A DNA stretch of 19,493 bases from a virus (IMGVR_UViG_3300028048_000050:1-19493), one strand, 5' to 3'; shown: positions 8,487 to 16,775, counted from the first letter of the stretch. A program made the numbers and translations. Notes: a model not told the origin generated them from the sequence alone.

Positions 8487-9268
8487 ATATCAAGAATGTC
8501 TTTAACAAGTAAGGTCTTTTCAAAAATATTAAATGGATCTTTTTTCATACCGTCAGTAATTACTTGAGTAAAAGCATTATATACTTGATACATACTAGTA
8601 TCTCCTCCAAATCCTACATAATAATCATCGTCCTCTTTTTCAAATAAAGATTTATAAGCATCAATAGGAGTAGAACAAGCAATTTTTACTGGTTGATATT
8701 GATTATTAAAACTGTAATTAATACAATTTCTAATCCATCTGCCTAAAGATTCATTTACATTTTGCTCAGTACAATCAAAATCTGTTTCTACTAATTTCTT
8801 TAACCAAACAGAAGTATCATCAGTTTTCTCAATAATTCTATCTAACGGCTTAAAATCAATAGGAGTTTCGGACTCTACATCTTGACAAGATAAAAGTTCA
8901 GGAGAAAATACACATAAATTAGTACAAGCTCTTCTTTCTTGTCCTTTAAAGAATTTAGCTACAGGTTTACGAACATCTAATCCATAAACCATACCAAATA
9001 CAGAACGATGAACATCATCATTAAACTTATATTCATCTGGAAGAATAGCTTCAATAAGAACTCTATTATAAGTTATATCTTCAGTATTTATATCACCTTC
9101 AGCAGTATAAGTAATTTGACTTGGAAGTTGTACTTGAACTCTAATTTCTTGAGTTATCTTTTGAACTCTTTCCAAAAAGGGCTCTACATAAGCCCTAGTT
9201 GGAAGAAATTCTTTACTTTTAATTCTGGTAGCTCTACCAGCTAATAATTCATTTAAAGTAATTTCCAT
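8483..9268 (-). CDS. DUF932-like protein
   Basis: 261 aa; RRACTNLCVF resembles the DUF932 R..C.N motif; TAATG and ATGA overlaps. Confidence 0.6.
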   Translation of the reverse strand: MEITLNELLAGRATRIKSKEFLPTRAYVEPFLERVQKITQEIRVQVQLPSQITYTAEGDINTEDITYNRVLIEAILPDEYKFNDDVHRSVFGMVYGLDVRKPVAKFFKGQERRACTNLCVFSPELLSCQDVESETPIDFKPLDRIIEKTDDTSVWLKKLVETDFDCTEQNVNESLGRWIRNCINYSFNNQYQPVKIACSTPIDAYKSLFEKEDDDYYVGFGGDTSMYQVYNAFTQVITDGMKKDPFNIFEKTLLVKDILDI

Positions 9269-9597
9269 TATACAAAATTTAAAAAACGTTCTGTAGCTAG
9301 TTCCTCTTTTAATTCATCTACTTCTAAATAAAGACGTTCAATATGTCTTCTCTCCTCTGAAGTAATATTATAATTTACTTCTCTCCAATATTTTTCTATA
9401 TTAGCATTATCATTTCGATAATTTGCGTATGAAATAAAAATAGAATCAGGATCTATTCTTATTTCTATACGTTCATCTCCTCTTTTTATAGAAAACATAT
9501 ATCTATCTATAGAAAAACTATAACTATCTACACAATATCTATTTTGTATAGATTTTTCAATAACTTCAAAACATTTAGATATAGTAATATTTTCCAT
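9268..9597 (-). CDS. Hypothetical protein (109 aa)
   Basis: Intact ORF, TAATG-coupled to the next gene. Confidence 0.7.
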   Translation of the reverse strand: MENITISKCFEVIEKSIQNRYCVDSYSFSIDRYMFSIKRGDERIEIRIDPDSIFISYANYRNDNANIEKYWREVNYNITSEERRHIERLYLEVDELKEELATERFLNFV

Positions 9598-9599
9598 AA

Positions 9600-9950
9600 T
9601 TACTCGTCATCGTCATCTAAGTCATTAACTGTCTTAGGTTCATCATCTGTATTGAAATAGCTTTCAAATTCAGAAATAGCTATATCTTCATTATATTCTT
9701 TTACAGTTAAATGAAAAGCTTGAATTTCTAGTTTATCTCTTTCACTATAATTGAAAGGAATTTTCAGATAACCTTTCAAAGTTCTTAAAGAGAAATATTC
9801 ACCCCCAAATCCAAACCAAATTTCTATAGAATCTCCAATTTCAAAACAAATGTAATTATTATCATTATTAAACGATTCTATTTTTTCTCCTTTATTCATA
9901 GCCTTTCTAATAAATTCAAAAGACTCTTTAATCCAATTCCTCGTCTCCAT
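9600..9950 (-). CDS. Hypothetical protein (116 aa)
   Basis: Track ORF 9600..9986; ATG 9950 (METRNW) minimises overlap with the upstream gene; acidic tail. Confidence 0.65.
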   Translation of the reverse strand: METRNWIKESFEFIRKAMNKGEKIESFNNDNNYICFEIGDSIEIWFGFGGEYFSLRTLKGYLKIPFNYSERDKLEIQAFHLTVKEYNEDIAISEFESYFNTDDEPKTVNDLDDDDE

Positions 9951-10635
9951 AATATTCTTTTTTAATTTCTTCTTCATTAATTTCAATATCTTCTCCCCTA
10001 TATTCCTTCCAATTCTTTATAACTATATCTTTATTAGAATAAGGACTTGGTCCCATATATACAGACATATTAAATGAATTTAAATCTCTATTCCAATTAA
10101 AGAAATTTCCTGCCATATCAAGAAATTCAAAGAATTTACTTTGAACAGACTCTGCAATAGCTGATTTATCAAATCCAGAATCTGGAATTAAATCAATAAG
10201 TTGTTTTTCTAAATTATCAGGATGATCATAACTCCTATATCCAGGATGATGAAATCCAGTTTCGTCTGTCCAATCGTCAATATATTTATCAACAATAGGT
10301 TCTTTACAATAATTTTTAAGGGTTTCTATTATGTCTAATAATTCTTGTTGATTATCTATTTTATAGGCATAAACATAGTTATCAACAATATCCTTTAATA
10401 TATCTTTTGGAAGATAATAAAATTCATAAGGTCTAGGTCCAATACATTCTACTAAAGACTTTCCAATGTAGTTTGGATCAAGATCCTTAGTTTTTTCCCA
10501 TAATAAATATTTATTAGAATACACTTTATTCTGACCTACAAAATCTTCCCATTCTACATGAGGTTGAGCATATGAATATAATTCCTTCATACAATCGTCA
10601 GCCGCTTTACTTAATATATCAGATCGTGTTAACAT
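9928..10635 (-). CDS. Hypothetical phage protein (235 aa)
   Basis: Long intact ORF in the operon; no recognised motif. Confidence 0.75.
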   Translation of the reverse strand: MLTRSDILSKAADDCMKELYSYAQPHVEWEDFVGQNKVYSNKYLLWEKTKDLDPNYIGKSLVECIGPRPYEFYYLPKDILKDIVDNYVYAYKIDNQQELLDIIETLKNYCKEPIVDKYIDDWTDETGFHHPGYRSYDHPDNLEKQLIDLIPDSGFDKSAIAESVQSKFFEFLDMAGNFFNWNRDLNSFNMSVYMGPSPYSNKDIVIKNWKEYRGEDIEINEEEIKKEYYGDEELD

Positions 10636-10638
10636 AAT

Positions 10639-12144
10639 TTAATCTTCTATTTTACCAAACATTACATTATTTCCTACAACATATGAATAATTAATGCTCC
10701 AAGGAGTGTTACCCCAGTTTGCTGCAATATAATTAGAAGTTGCATACATACTACCTACTGAAACATAATCAAATTGTTTGCCAGAAGTATAAGCAAACTG
10801 ATGTAAATCACCTTTAATTACATAAATCTTATTAGTTCTATCTGAATTTAATTTCTTTTCAGCAATATAGTTAGCAAAATATAATTCAGTTTGAGGATTT
10901 AAAGTTAATGGAAATTGTTTAGATTGATTTTGATTATCCTTACCATGAGTACAAATAAATTTAATTTTGTCTACAGATAATTCATCGATAGGATAATCAC
11001 TTACATAAGTTTTCCATCCAGTTTGTTGTAATCTATAAGATAAAGCTAAATTTAATGCCCAACCAAAATTACCACTATGATTACTTTCTCCAATACTAAA
11101 ATATAAATAAGAATCAGCTTTTACTAAATTCTTAATATTATAAAAGAAATATTCCATACAATCTAAATAAAGATGACTCATTTCTTTATCAGTCATATTA
11201 TTAGGAAGTAAATGACCTCCTCTAGTAGTCTCTTTATTATATTGATCAATAGAATCTCCTAAATCAGCAATTAAAACATTATTATAAGATTTTCCAGCAA
11301 ATGTGGAAATAATCTTATCTAATCTTCTTTTAATTTCTTCTTTATCATAATTAGGTAATTGATAGAAACCAAACTTTTCATTATAAGCTCCGATATGTAG
11401 ATCTGATAACCAAATAATTAAGGTTTCAGGTAATGTACCCTGATTTTCAATTATAGGCTTTTCATTTGTAAAGTTGGGATCATACTCTAATAATTGTTCT
11501 AACAAAGAACTATTTTTAGAAAGTTTTTGATTCTCTTGTGCTAATTTATTAATAAGTTTATTAGCTTCAGAAAGTTGATCTTTCTCAAGTCTTCTAAGAA
11601 CATTATTTTCTTTATTTTGATTATGAAGAGCTACTAATTCTTCTTCAGATTTTTCTTCAATAATATGTGGAGCAAATTCTGAATTAGCTTTATAAATGTT
11701 AAATGCTCTAAGAATTCTTTTAAATTCTACAAAAGTATATTCTGGAAAATTTCTAGAAACTATCTTTTGAGTTAAATTAGAACCATAAATAGAATATAGT
11801 CTATAAATAGTTTCCATTTCTTTTCTATCTAACTTTCCAGATAATGTTGGAGCATCCTTTCTAAAAATTTCAAATGTATAATATTGAATTAAGCCGTTTT
11901 CATCTCTTTCGGTAAAAACATTAGCTCTATCATCGGTATCTACACTTTTCTTAACTTTTCTTTTCTTACAGTTATTATATGCTTCAATAAATTGTGCTTT
12001 CAATTCATCTGAATGATCGGAACTAACTACATTCTGATACATTTGATAATAATATCCTGCTTTGTGTTTTTCATTATCTAAGGTTTTATAATTGTTTAAA
12101 TCCTCTATAATTTCATTAATTTTCTTTTCACTTATTTTATTCAT
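10639..12144 (-). CDS. Metallophosphoesterase/nuclease (Mre11/PolD-small-subunit-like) with N-terminal helical and coiled-coil region
   Basis: C-terminal half has WLSDLHIG, DLGDSID, GESNH, CTHG and GDLH; residues ~180-215 look coiled-coil. Confidence 0.8.
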   Translation of the reverse strand: MNKISEKKINEIIEDLNNYKTLDNEKHKAGYYYQMYQNVVSSDHSDELKAQFIEAYNNCKKRKVKKSVDTDDRANVFTERDENGLIQYYTFEIFRKDAPTLSGKLDRKEMETIYRLYSIYGSNLTQKIVSRNFPEYTFVEFKRILRAFNIYKANSEFAPHIIEEKSEEELVALHNQNKENNVLRRLEKDQLSEANKLINKLAQENQKLSKNSSLLEQLLEYDPNFTNEKPIIENQGTLPETLIIWLSDLHIGAYNEKFGFYQLPNYDKEEIKRRLDKIISTFAGKSYNNVLIADLGDSIDQYNKETTRGGHLLPNNMTDKEMSHLYLDCMEYFFYNIKNLVKADSYLYFSIGESNHSGNFGWALNLALSYRLQQTGWKTYVSDYPIDELSVDKIKFICTHGKDNQNQSKQFPLTLNPQTELYFANYIAEKKLNSDRTNKIYVIKGDLHQFAYTSGKQFDYVSVGSMYATSNYIAANWGNTPWSINYSYVVGNNVMFGKIED

Positions 12145-12170
12145 TTTTCAATGTTGTACTATAGTGTTAT

Positions 12171-12211
12171 AAAATAAAAAGCCGATTAGAAAATTACTTT
12201 CTAACCGGCTT
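12171..12211 (-). terminator. Intrinsic terminator after the 179-aa gene
   Basis: Minus strand AAGCCGGTTAGAAA-GTAAT-TTTCTAATCGGCTT (14 bp, one G-U) followed by TTTATTTT. Confidence 0.85.
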
Positions 12212-12238
12212 AATATTAAGAGTCTACAAAATCTGAGA

Positions 12239-12778
12239 TTAATCCATCACTTTGTAACCAAATACAAGCAACTTGCATGGCTGAGTACCCTTAGAAGGTA
12301 CATAGTTTACCTTAGCATAAAGAGAGTTCTTCTCCTTCATACGAGTTTCAATAACGAGGTCTACACCAACCTTGTTGTCGATAACCCACTCCTTAGCAGC
12401 TTGTTCAGCAGCCTTAGAAGTCTTCTCAGTGAAGATTTCCTCACCAGTATCTTGAGCACGACCTACATACACTCTTACTGGAGTATGTGTACGAGCCTCA
12501 TACTTAGGCTTTTCTACCTTATAAGGACGCTCTCTCGAATCAAGAACAGCTGACTGAAGAACGATATATGCACCATCATTAGGCATATTAAACTTCTTCT
12601 TCTTCAGATATTCTACCATCCACTCCTTAACATTATCTTCATTAGTTACATTCTCCTTAGCCCATTTCTTATAAGCCTGAGTAGCATCTACACGAAGGTT
12701 AAGCTTAGAGTTCTTCATTGCTTCATCTTTGGTCTGACCAATAGTCTCAAATTTTGTGAAAAATACGTTATTTTCCAT
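12239..12778 (-). CDS. Basic hypothetical protein, probably highly expressed (179 aa)
   Basis: Intact ORF with visibly more AAG/GAG/AAC/TTC/GGT/CGT codons than neighbours; long leader upstream and a strong terminator downstream. Confidence 0.8.
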   Translation of the reverse strand: MENNVFFTKFETIGQTKDEAMKNSKLNLRVDATQAYKKWAKENVTNEDNVKEWMVEYLKKKKFNMPNDGAYIVLQSAVLDSRERPYKVEKPKYEARTHTPVRVYVGRAQDTGEEIFTEKTSKAAEQAAKEWVIDNKVGVDLVIETRMKEKNSLYAKVNYVPSKGTQPCKLLVFGYKVMD

Positions 12779-12938
12779 AATAGTTAATAAAATTTACATC
12801 AATTCATTCGGATTTAATCCGTCATAACTATCTACTAAAATGGAAACATCTTTTCCCCCGAAGAGGAACATATTAAATTTATCATCAACTATGAGTAATC
12901 ATAGTTAATGAATGTTAAAATTAATTTTTTAACATTTG
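12779..12938 (-). promoter_or_regulatory. Structured 160-nt intergenic leader (four hairpins)
   Basis: Inverted repeats at 12911-12936, 12883-12910, 12853-12868 (cUUCGg loop on minus strand) and 12809-12821; longest non-coding stretch in the window. Confidence 0.5.
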
Positions 12939-13286
12939 TTAAAAGGGAAGATAAGAACTTAAAATTCCCCTTATTTCTTTAATAATATCTTGTCCTTTTA
13001 ATCCAAAAGTTGGAAATTCAGAACAAGAATATGCGAAATCCTTACAAACAATACTTAATCCAATTATGAACTTATCGGGTAAACCTAATTTATCAGATAA
13101 TTTCATTACCACTTGATAATAAGTTGTATCAGGATTTTTTAATTTCATCTTATGTGTTACATAACAGATTAATGAAATTAATTCCAGCTTCCTTTCAAAA
13201 GAAGTCATAGTGGAAGTAGGTTTAGGATTTAAATAACCTATACTAAATACATCTCTGTATAAATTTTCTAATTCTTTATATTTCAT
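12939..13286 (-). CDS. Hypothetical protein (115 aa)
   Basis: Intact ORF, ATGA-coupled to the exonuclease gene. Confidence 0.75.
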   Translation of the reverse strand: MKYKELENLYRDVFSIGYLNPKPTSTMTSFERKLELISLICYVTHKMKLKNPDTTYYQVVMKLSDKLGLPDKFIIGLSIVCKDFAYSCSEFPTFGLKGQDIIKEIRGILSSYLPF

Positions 13287-14314
13287 TTGAATTCAAATCC
13301 TTTTACTACATTTAAATAAGCTACAGTTTTTAATAAATACAAAGCTTCCTTCCACCCTGACAAGAATAATTTAGAAGTCATAGGATATACACGAGTTTCG
13401 TATTCTGGAATAGTAGAAACCACTAAGAAATTACCTTTAGTCATTGCTTGTTCAACATTATAATATTTCTTAGCAATTAATTTAAGTAACCATGAATAGA
13501 AAGCTATTTCTCTTTGATAACTATAGTAAGTTGGATCAAATATTGCTACAGGTCTTGATGTAGTTTTCAAATCATTAACTGTAAGAATATTATCTTCTGT
13601 ATCTATACTAAAGTTATCTAATTTAGCTTTTAACTTATATTGTCTTTTTTCATATCCTGGTACTTCCATCCATATATCCAACAAAATAGTCTTCTCATTA
13701 CCGATAATTGGATCAGATAAAGGATTAGAAGGATTGAGTAACTTTTGAATATCTTTATTTGCATTTAATGTTTTTAAACAATTATTTAATAATTCAAAAT
13801 TCTTTTCATCAGTATATATTCTTTCCTTATCTCCTTCTTTAATAGGATTATTTTGTTCATAAATAAACCTATCTCTCCAATAAGGTTCGGCTTTTTCTCT
13901 AAACTTCTTTATTATATTATCAGAAAGTTTATCTTTATAATAGCCTATTTCATAAGACTTAGCTTTTATTTCATTATCTGTTGGTGTTTTTCCATTAGAT
14001 TTATATAAAGATTCTGCCATTAATCCGGCTTTAGCAGTAGGTTTAAATACACCATCAATTACTTGATATTTATCACCTTGTAAAACTATTTGATGTATAA
14101 GACTACCAGTTTCAAAGGATGCAGAATAATCATTTTTTAATCCATCAAAGAAACTTTCAGCTCCATCAGTAACAAGCTTTCCTAATCTACTATTAGAAAT
14201 ATAATCACTATATTTCTCACTAAAGTATACAGAATCATCAATATCTTCTAATCTTAAAGAATCTAGTATTGGAGTTACTTTTATTTTTTTAATTAACTCA
14301 TTATCAAGTGTCAT
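13283..14314 (-). CDS. PD-(D/E)XK exonuclease (DUF3799/RecE-like)
   Basis: ISNSRLG, GSLIHQIVL, KAKLDNF, VNDLKTT and YQREIAFY motifs of phage RecE/Cas4-like nucleases. Confidence 0.8.
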   Translation of the reverse strand: MTLDNELIKKIKVTPILDSLRLEDIDDSVYFSEKYSDYISNSRLGKLVTDGAESFFDGLKNDYSASFETGSLIHQIVLQGDKYQVIDGVFKPTAKAGLMAESLYKSNGKTPTDNEIKAKSYEIGYYKDKLSDNIIKKFREKAEPYWRDRFIYEQNNPIKEGDKERIYTDEKNFELLNNCLKTLNANKDIQKLLNPSNPLSDPIIGNEKTILLDIWMEVPGYEKRQYKLKAKLDNFSIDTEDNILTVNDLKTTSRPVAIFDPTYYSYQREIAFYSWLLKLIAKKYYNVEQAMTKGNFLVVSTIPEYETRVYPMTSKLFLSGWKEALYLLKTVAYLNVVKGFEFK

Positions 14315-14841
14315 ATATATTTACTAAATTCTTTGAATATTCCCATTTCCTTTGCTAAATAATAAACATCTTCTATTTCATCATAGCTTAATGAATATAT
14401 TTTTAGAAAAGGACCATATTCTTTATTATTATCTCCATCAATTAATAAGCATGGAATACCAGCTAAATTTAAATTGATCCATTGATGGGGTGAATCTTCG
14501 ATAAAAACATCTACTCTTCCTTTAATATATCGAGATTTAGGAATTCTATATCCTGGTACCTGATACAACGGACTGTTAGGTAAATCATTTATTTGGATTG
14601 CCTTTTTAGTCCAACATTTTTTATTTACCCTAGAACTACAATATAGTTTAGGATCAAAATCAGGTCTTCTTATTACTGGTAAATTTACCCAAAAATCTCT
14701 CTCTTTGGAAAGTATATGTTCTACATTTCTTGTAACAGCCCAATCATATTTAGGCCATCTTTTAAATCGGTTGATATATCCTTTAGAAAATCCGAATATA
14801 GTATCATCTAAATCACAACCTATTTGTAAACGTTTAATCAT
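14311..14841 (-). CDS. HAD-superfamily 5'(3')-deoxyribonucleotidase-like protein
   Basis: HAD motif I CDLDDT, motif II CSSR, motif IV VFIEDS. Confidence 0.8.
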   Translation of the reverse strand: MIKRLQIGCDLDDTIFGFSKGYINRFKRWPKYDWAVTRNVEHILSKERDFWVNLPVIRRPDFDPKLYCSSRVNKKCWTKKAIQINDLPNSPLYQVPGYRIPKSRYIKGRVDVFIEDSPHQWINLNLAGIPCLLIDGDNNKEYGPFLKIYSLSYDEIEDVYYLAKEMGIFKEFSKYI

Positions 14842-14941
14842 TCTTTACTAAATTAGTTTCTAATCTAAACGTTTCTTTCTCTTCTTCAGATAAATTATTA
14901 TATGAAGTAATTAACCTTTTAATATAAGTTTCTCTTTTCAT
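14834..14941 (-). CDS. Small hypothetical protein (35 aa)
   Basis: MKRETYIKRLITSYNNLSEEEKETFRLETNLVKND fills the gap, with ATGA overlap upstream and 8-nt overlap downstream. Confidence 0.6.
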   Translation of the reverse strand: MKRETYIKRLITSYNNLSEEEKETFRLETNLVKND

Positions 14942-15168
14942 AATTCATCAATTTCTTCTAAATCTGACAATGCAATATCGAACTTATCATTCAGATATTC
15001 CCTTAATTGATCCCAATTTTCTATAGTGTTTAAAATAGTATCATCATCAAATTCTTCACCATATTTAATGATTAACTTTTCAACAGCATCATTATAGGAT
15101 CGTGCAACAAGAGTTTTAATTACTGGCCAAACATCTATAGGACATTCTGCCCATAAATACTTATTCAT
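14938..15168 (-). CDS. Hypothetical protein (76 aa)
   Basis: Intact ORF in the operon. Confidence 0.7.
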   Translation of the reverse strand: MNKYLWAECPIDVWPVIKTLVARSYNDAVEKLIIKYGEEFDDDTILNTIENWDQLREYLNDKFDIALSDLEEIDEL

Positions 15169-15174
15169 ATTTTA

Positions 15175-15798
15175 TTATTCAATAATTGTCCAAAGTTCAT
15201 AGAACTTATCAAAATCTTCATAGGGTAATATACTATATCCATCCTGTCCATAATGCTTACCCCAAGAATTTCTTATAATAAATCCGTCTTTATTATAACC
15301 TACTATTGCTATAGCATGTCCTCCTTCAAAAGAACCTTTACTTTTATCCCAGAAATTTTTTGTATAAGAATTATATACAGGCAATCCTCCTATACACGGT
15401 CCATTAGCTACAATAGCTTGTTTTAGAGCTAATTCTGAACCTATTCTAGCATATTTATGTACAATTCTCCTATTTCCAGATTTTATGATAGCATCGTTAT
15501 GTTTTAAATAATGTAAAGCATCTTTAAATGACATTCCATCATTACTTGAATTTGTTCTATGTTTAAAAATATCTGAACAATTTAGTCCGTTTTCATATTC
15601 ACTGTTTCCTGTTTCCATATTTATAATCCAATTAACATATGCAGATATTGAACATGGTACACAAACAGGATTATTTCCTTGGTTTAATACTTCAGGTAAA
15701 CAATCAACATAACTTATTTTATCGGGGATGGAACCATCATTAGATAGAAACATATATTCGGTTCCATCAATTTTCGACTGTACAAATCCAAAGTTCAT
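15175..15798 (-). CDS. Papain-like cysteine peptidase (C1A-like)
   Basis: Oxyanion Gln and nucleophile Cys (NQGNNPVCVPCS), His (GGHAIAIVGY), Asn (IRNSWG); no signal peptide. Confidence 0.88.
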   Translation of the reverse strand: MNFGFVQSKIDGTEYMFLSNDGSIPDKISYVDCLPEVLNQGNNPVCVPCSISAYVNWIINMETGNSEYENGLNCSDIFKHRTNSSNDGMSFKDALHYLKHNDAIIKSGNRRIVHKYARIGSELALKQAIVANGPCIGGLPVYNSYTKNFWDKSKGSFEGGHAIAIVGYNKDGFIIRNSWGKHYGQDGYSILPYEDFDKFYELWTIIE

Positions 15799-16100
15799 TA
15801 CTTAATTACTCTTTTAATTATTTTAACGCTATCATTATTTATCTTTTCAACTTTATATGTTGCATTATTTTTTGAACATACATAAATAGTAATTCTATCT
15901 TGTGTTTCTTCTTCTTTAAGATATAATTTATCCCATTTATCTATATAGGGTAAAAAATCCTATATACACATAGAATCTAACTAGGCAATAGAATATTTTC
16001 CATTCATCTAGTTAATCATCTATCCTCCAGATAAATCTATAACTTTAGGAGAACATGAAAACAATAGTAAAGTTAATAATAACTATGAAACTTTTTTCAT
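15798..16100 (-). CDS. Lipoprotein (100 aa) with five in-frame TAG codons
   Basis: MKKVS*LLLTLLLFSCSPKVIDLSGG*MIN*MNGKYSIA*LDSMCI*DFLPYIDKWDKLYLKEEETQDRITIYVCSKNNATYKVEKINNDSVKIIKRVIK; lipobox LFSC at Cys16; ATGA overlap upstream, TAATG overlap downstream. Confidence 0.85.
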
Positions 16101-16645
16101 TGCAATTTTAATTTTAAATAATCATATAATATCTCAACAGGAACTAATGCAAGTGTTCCTGGACTATTTCCACCTTCTTTATCTTGTTTTTTCCAAATAA
16201 CAACAAAAGGTTTATCCTTTAGAGGACATTCCTCTTCTATTTTAAAATATGAAGGAACTGTTTGTGTTGCTTTACATTGAATATAACAAGGTAAATTACC
16301 ATCTAAATCATCTATATCTACTTTGGAATTATCCAACATTTTACTATTTGACCGGCTACTTACTGTATGATAACCCATATCATTTAGTTTATGAATAACA
16401 TCTAGCTCAAGTTGTGAACCTTTTTGCTTAGATCTCTTAGCAGTATAATGTTTTTTTGTATGTGGATCTAACCACTCCACTTGTATTCCATCTTTAGGAA
16501 TACTATTTTTATTAGCCCTTATTTTTAATGTTTGAACTGATAAAGTAGTCATTTCAGATGCTTTTTCTATAGAATCATAAACATAAGTATTTCCACCTTT
16601 ATCAGTTATTTTTACACCAGTATTTAACTATTTAGCTTTTGCCAT
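16097..16645 (-). CDS. Holliday-junction resolvase (Hjc-like PD-(D/E)XK) with N-terminal NUMOD1-like HTH; TAG at codon 6 (182 aa)
   Basis: SKQKGSQLE..L..MGY, KVDI, IQCK core; frame extends 31 codons above track start 16552 to ATG 16645 through one TAG (MAKAK*LNTGVKITDKGGNTYVYDSIEKASEMTTLS). Confidence 0.78.
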
Positions 16646-16775
16646 CGTATTTACTATTACTTGTTTCTCTAAGATAAACTCCAATTATCTTATACCAAAT
16701 ATCTTCTACACTGTAATTATATTCACAGGACTCTAATCCTTTTTCAATAATTTTAAAAAGTTCTTGCTTAGTCAT
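16632..16775 (-). CDS. Small hypothetical protein (47 aa)
   Basis: MTKQELFKIIEKGLESCEYNYSVEDIWYKIIGVYLRETSNSKYDGKS; ATGA overlap upstream; stop overlaps ATG 16645 region by 14 nt. Confidence 0.65.
   Translation of the reverse strand: MTKQELFKIIEKGLESCEYNYSVEDIWYKIIGVYLRETSNSKYDGKS

Noticed and set aside
12156-12167. ACTATAGT palindrome before the 501-aa gene, loosely resembling GTAC/TATA elements before the SSB gene
   Set aside because: Too short and AT-rich to distinguish from chance with two instances.
12145-12938. Bacteroidota sigma-A promoter (TAnnTTTG) or a tRNA, including a suppressor tRNA, in intergenic gaps
   Set aside because: No TAnnTTTG found on the transcribed strand in these gaps and no cloverleaf is evident; any suppressor tRNA would lie outside the window.
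4911-16645. Interpreting the TAG-containing regions as pseudogenes or sequencing errors
   Set aside because: Every interruption is TAG, never TAA, TGA or a frameshift. Frames keep start/stop overlaps and conserved Cys motifs, and TAG is never used as a real stop.
16500-16645. Homing endonuclease or intron/intein suggested by the NUMOD1-like segment
   Set aside because: No HNH, GIY-YIG or LAGLIDADG motif, and no interrupted host gene; ligase, NrdD and primase appear continuous and of normal length.
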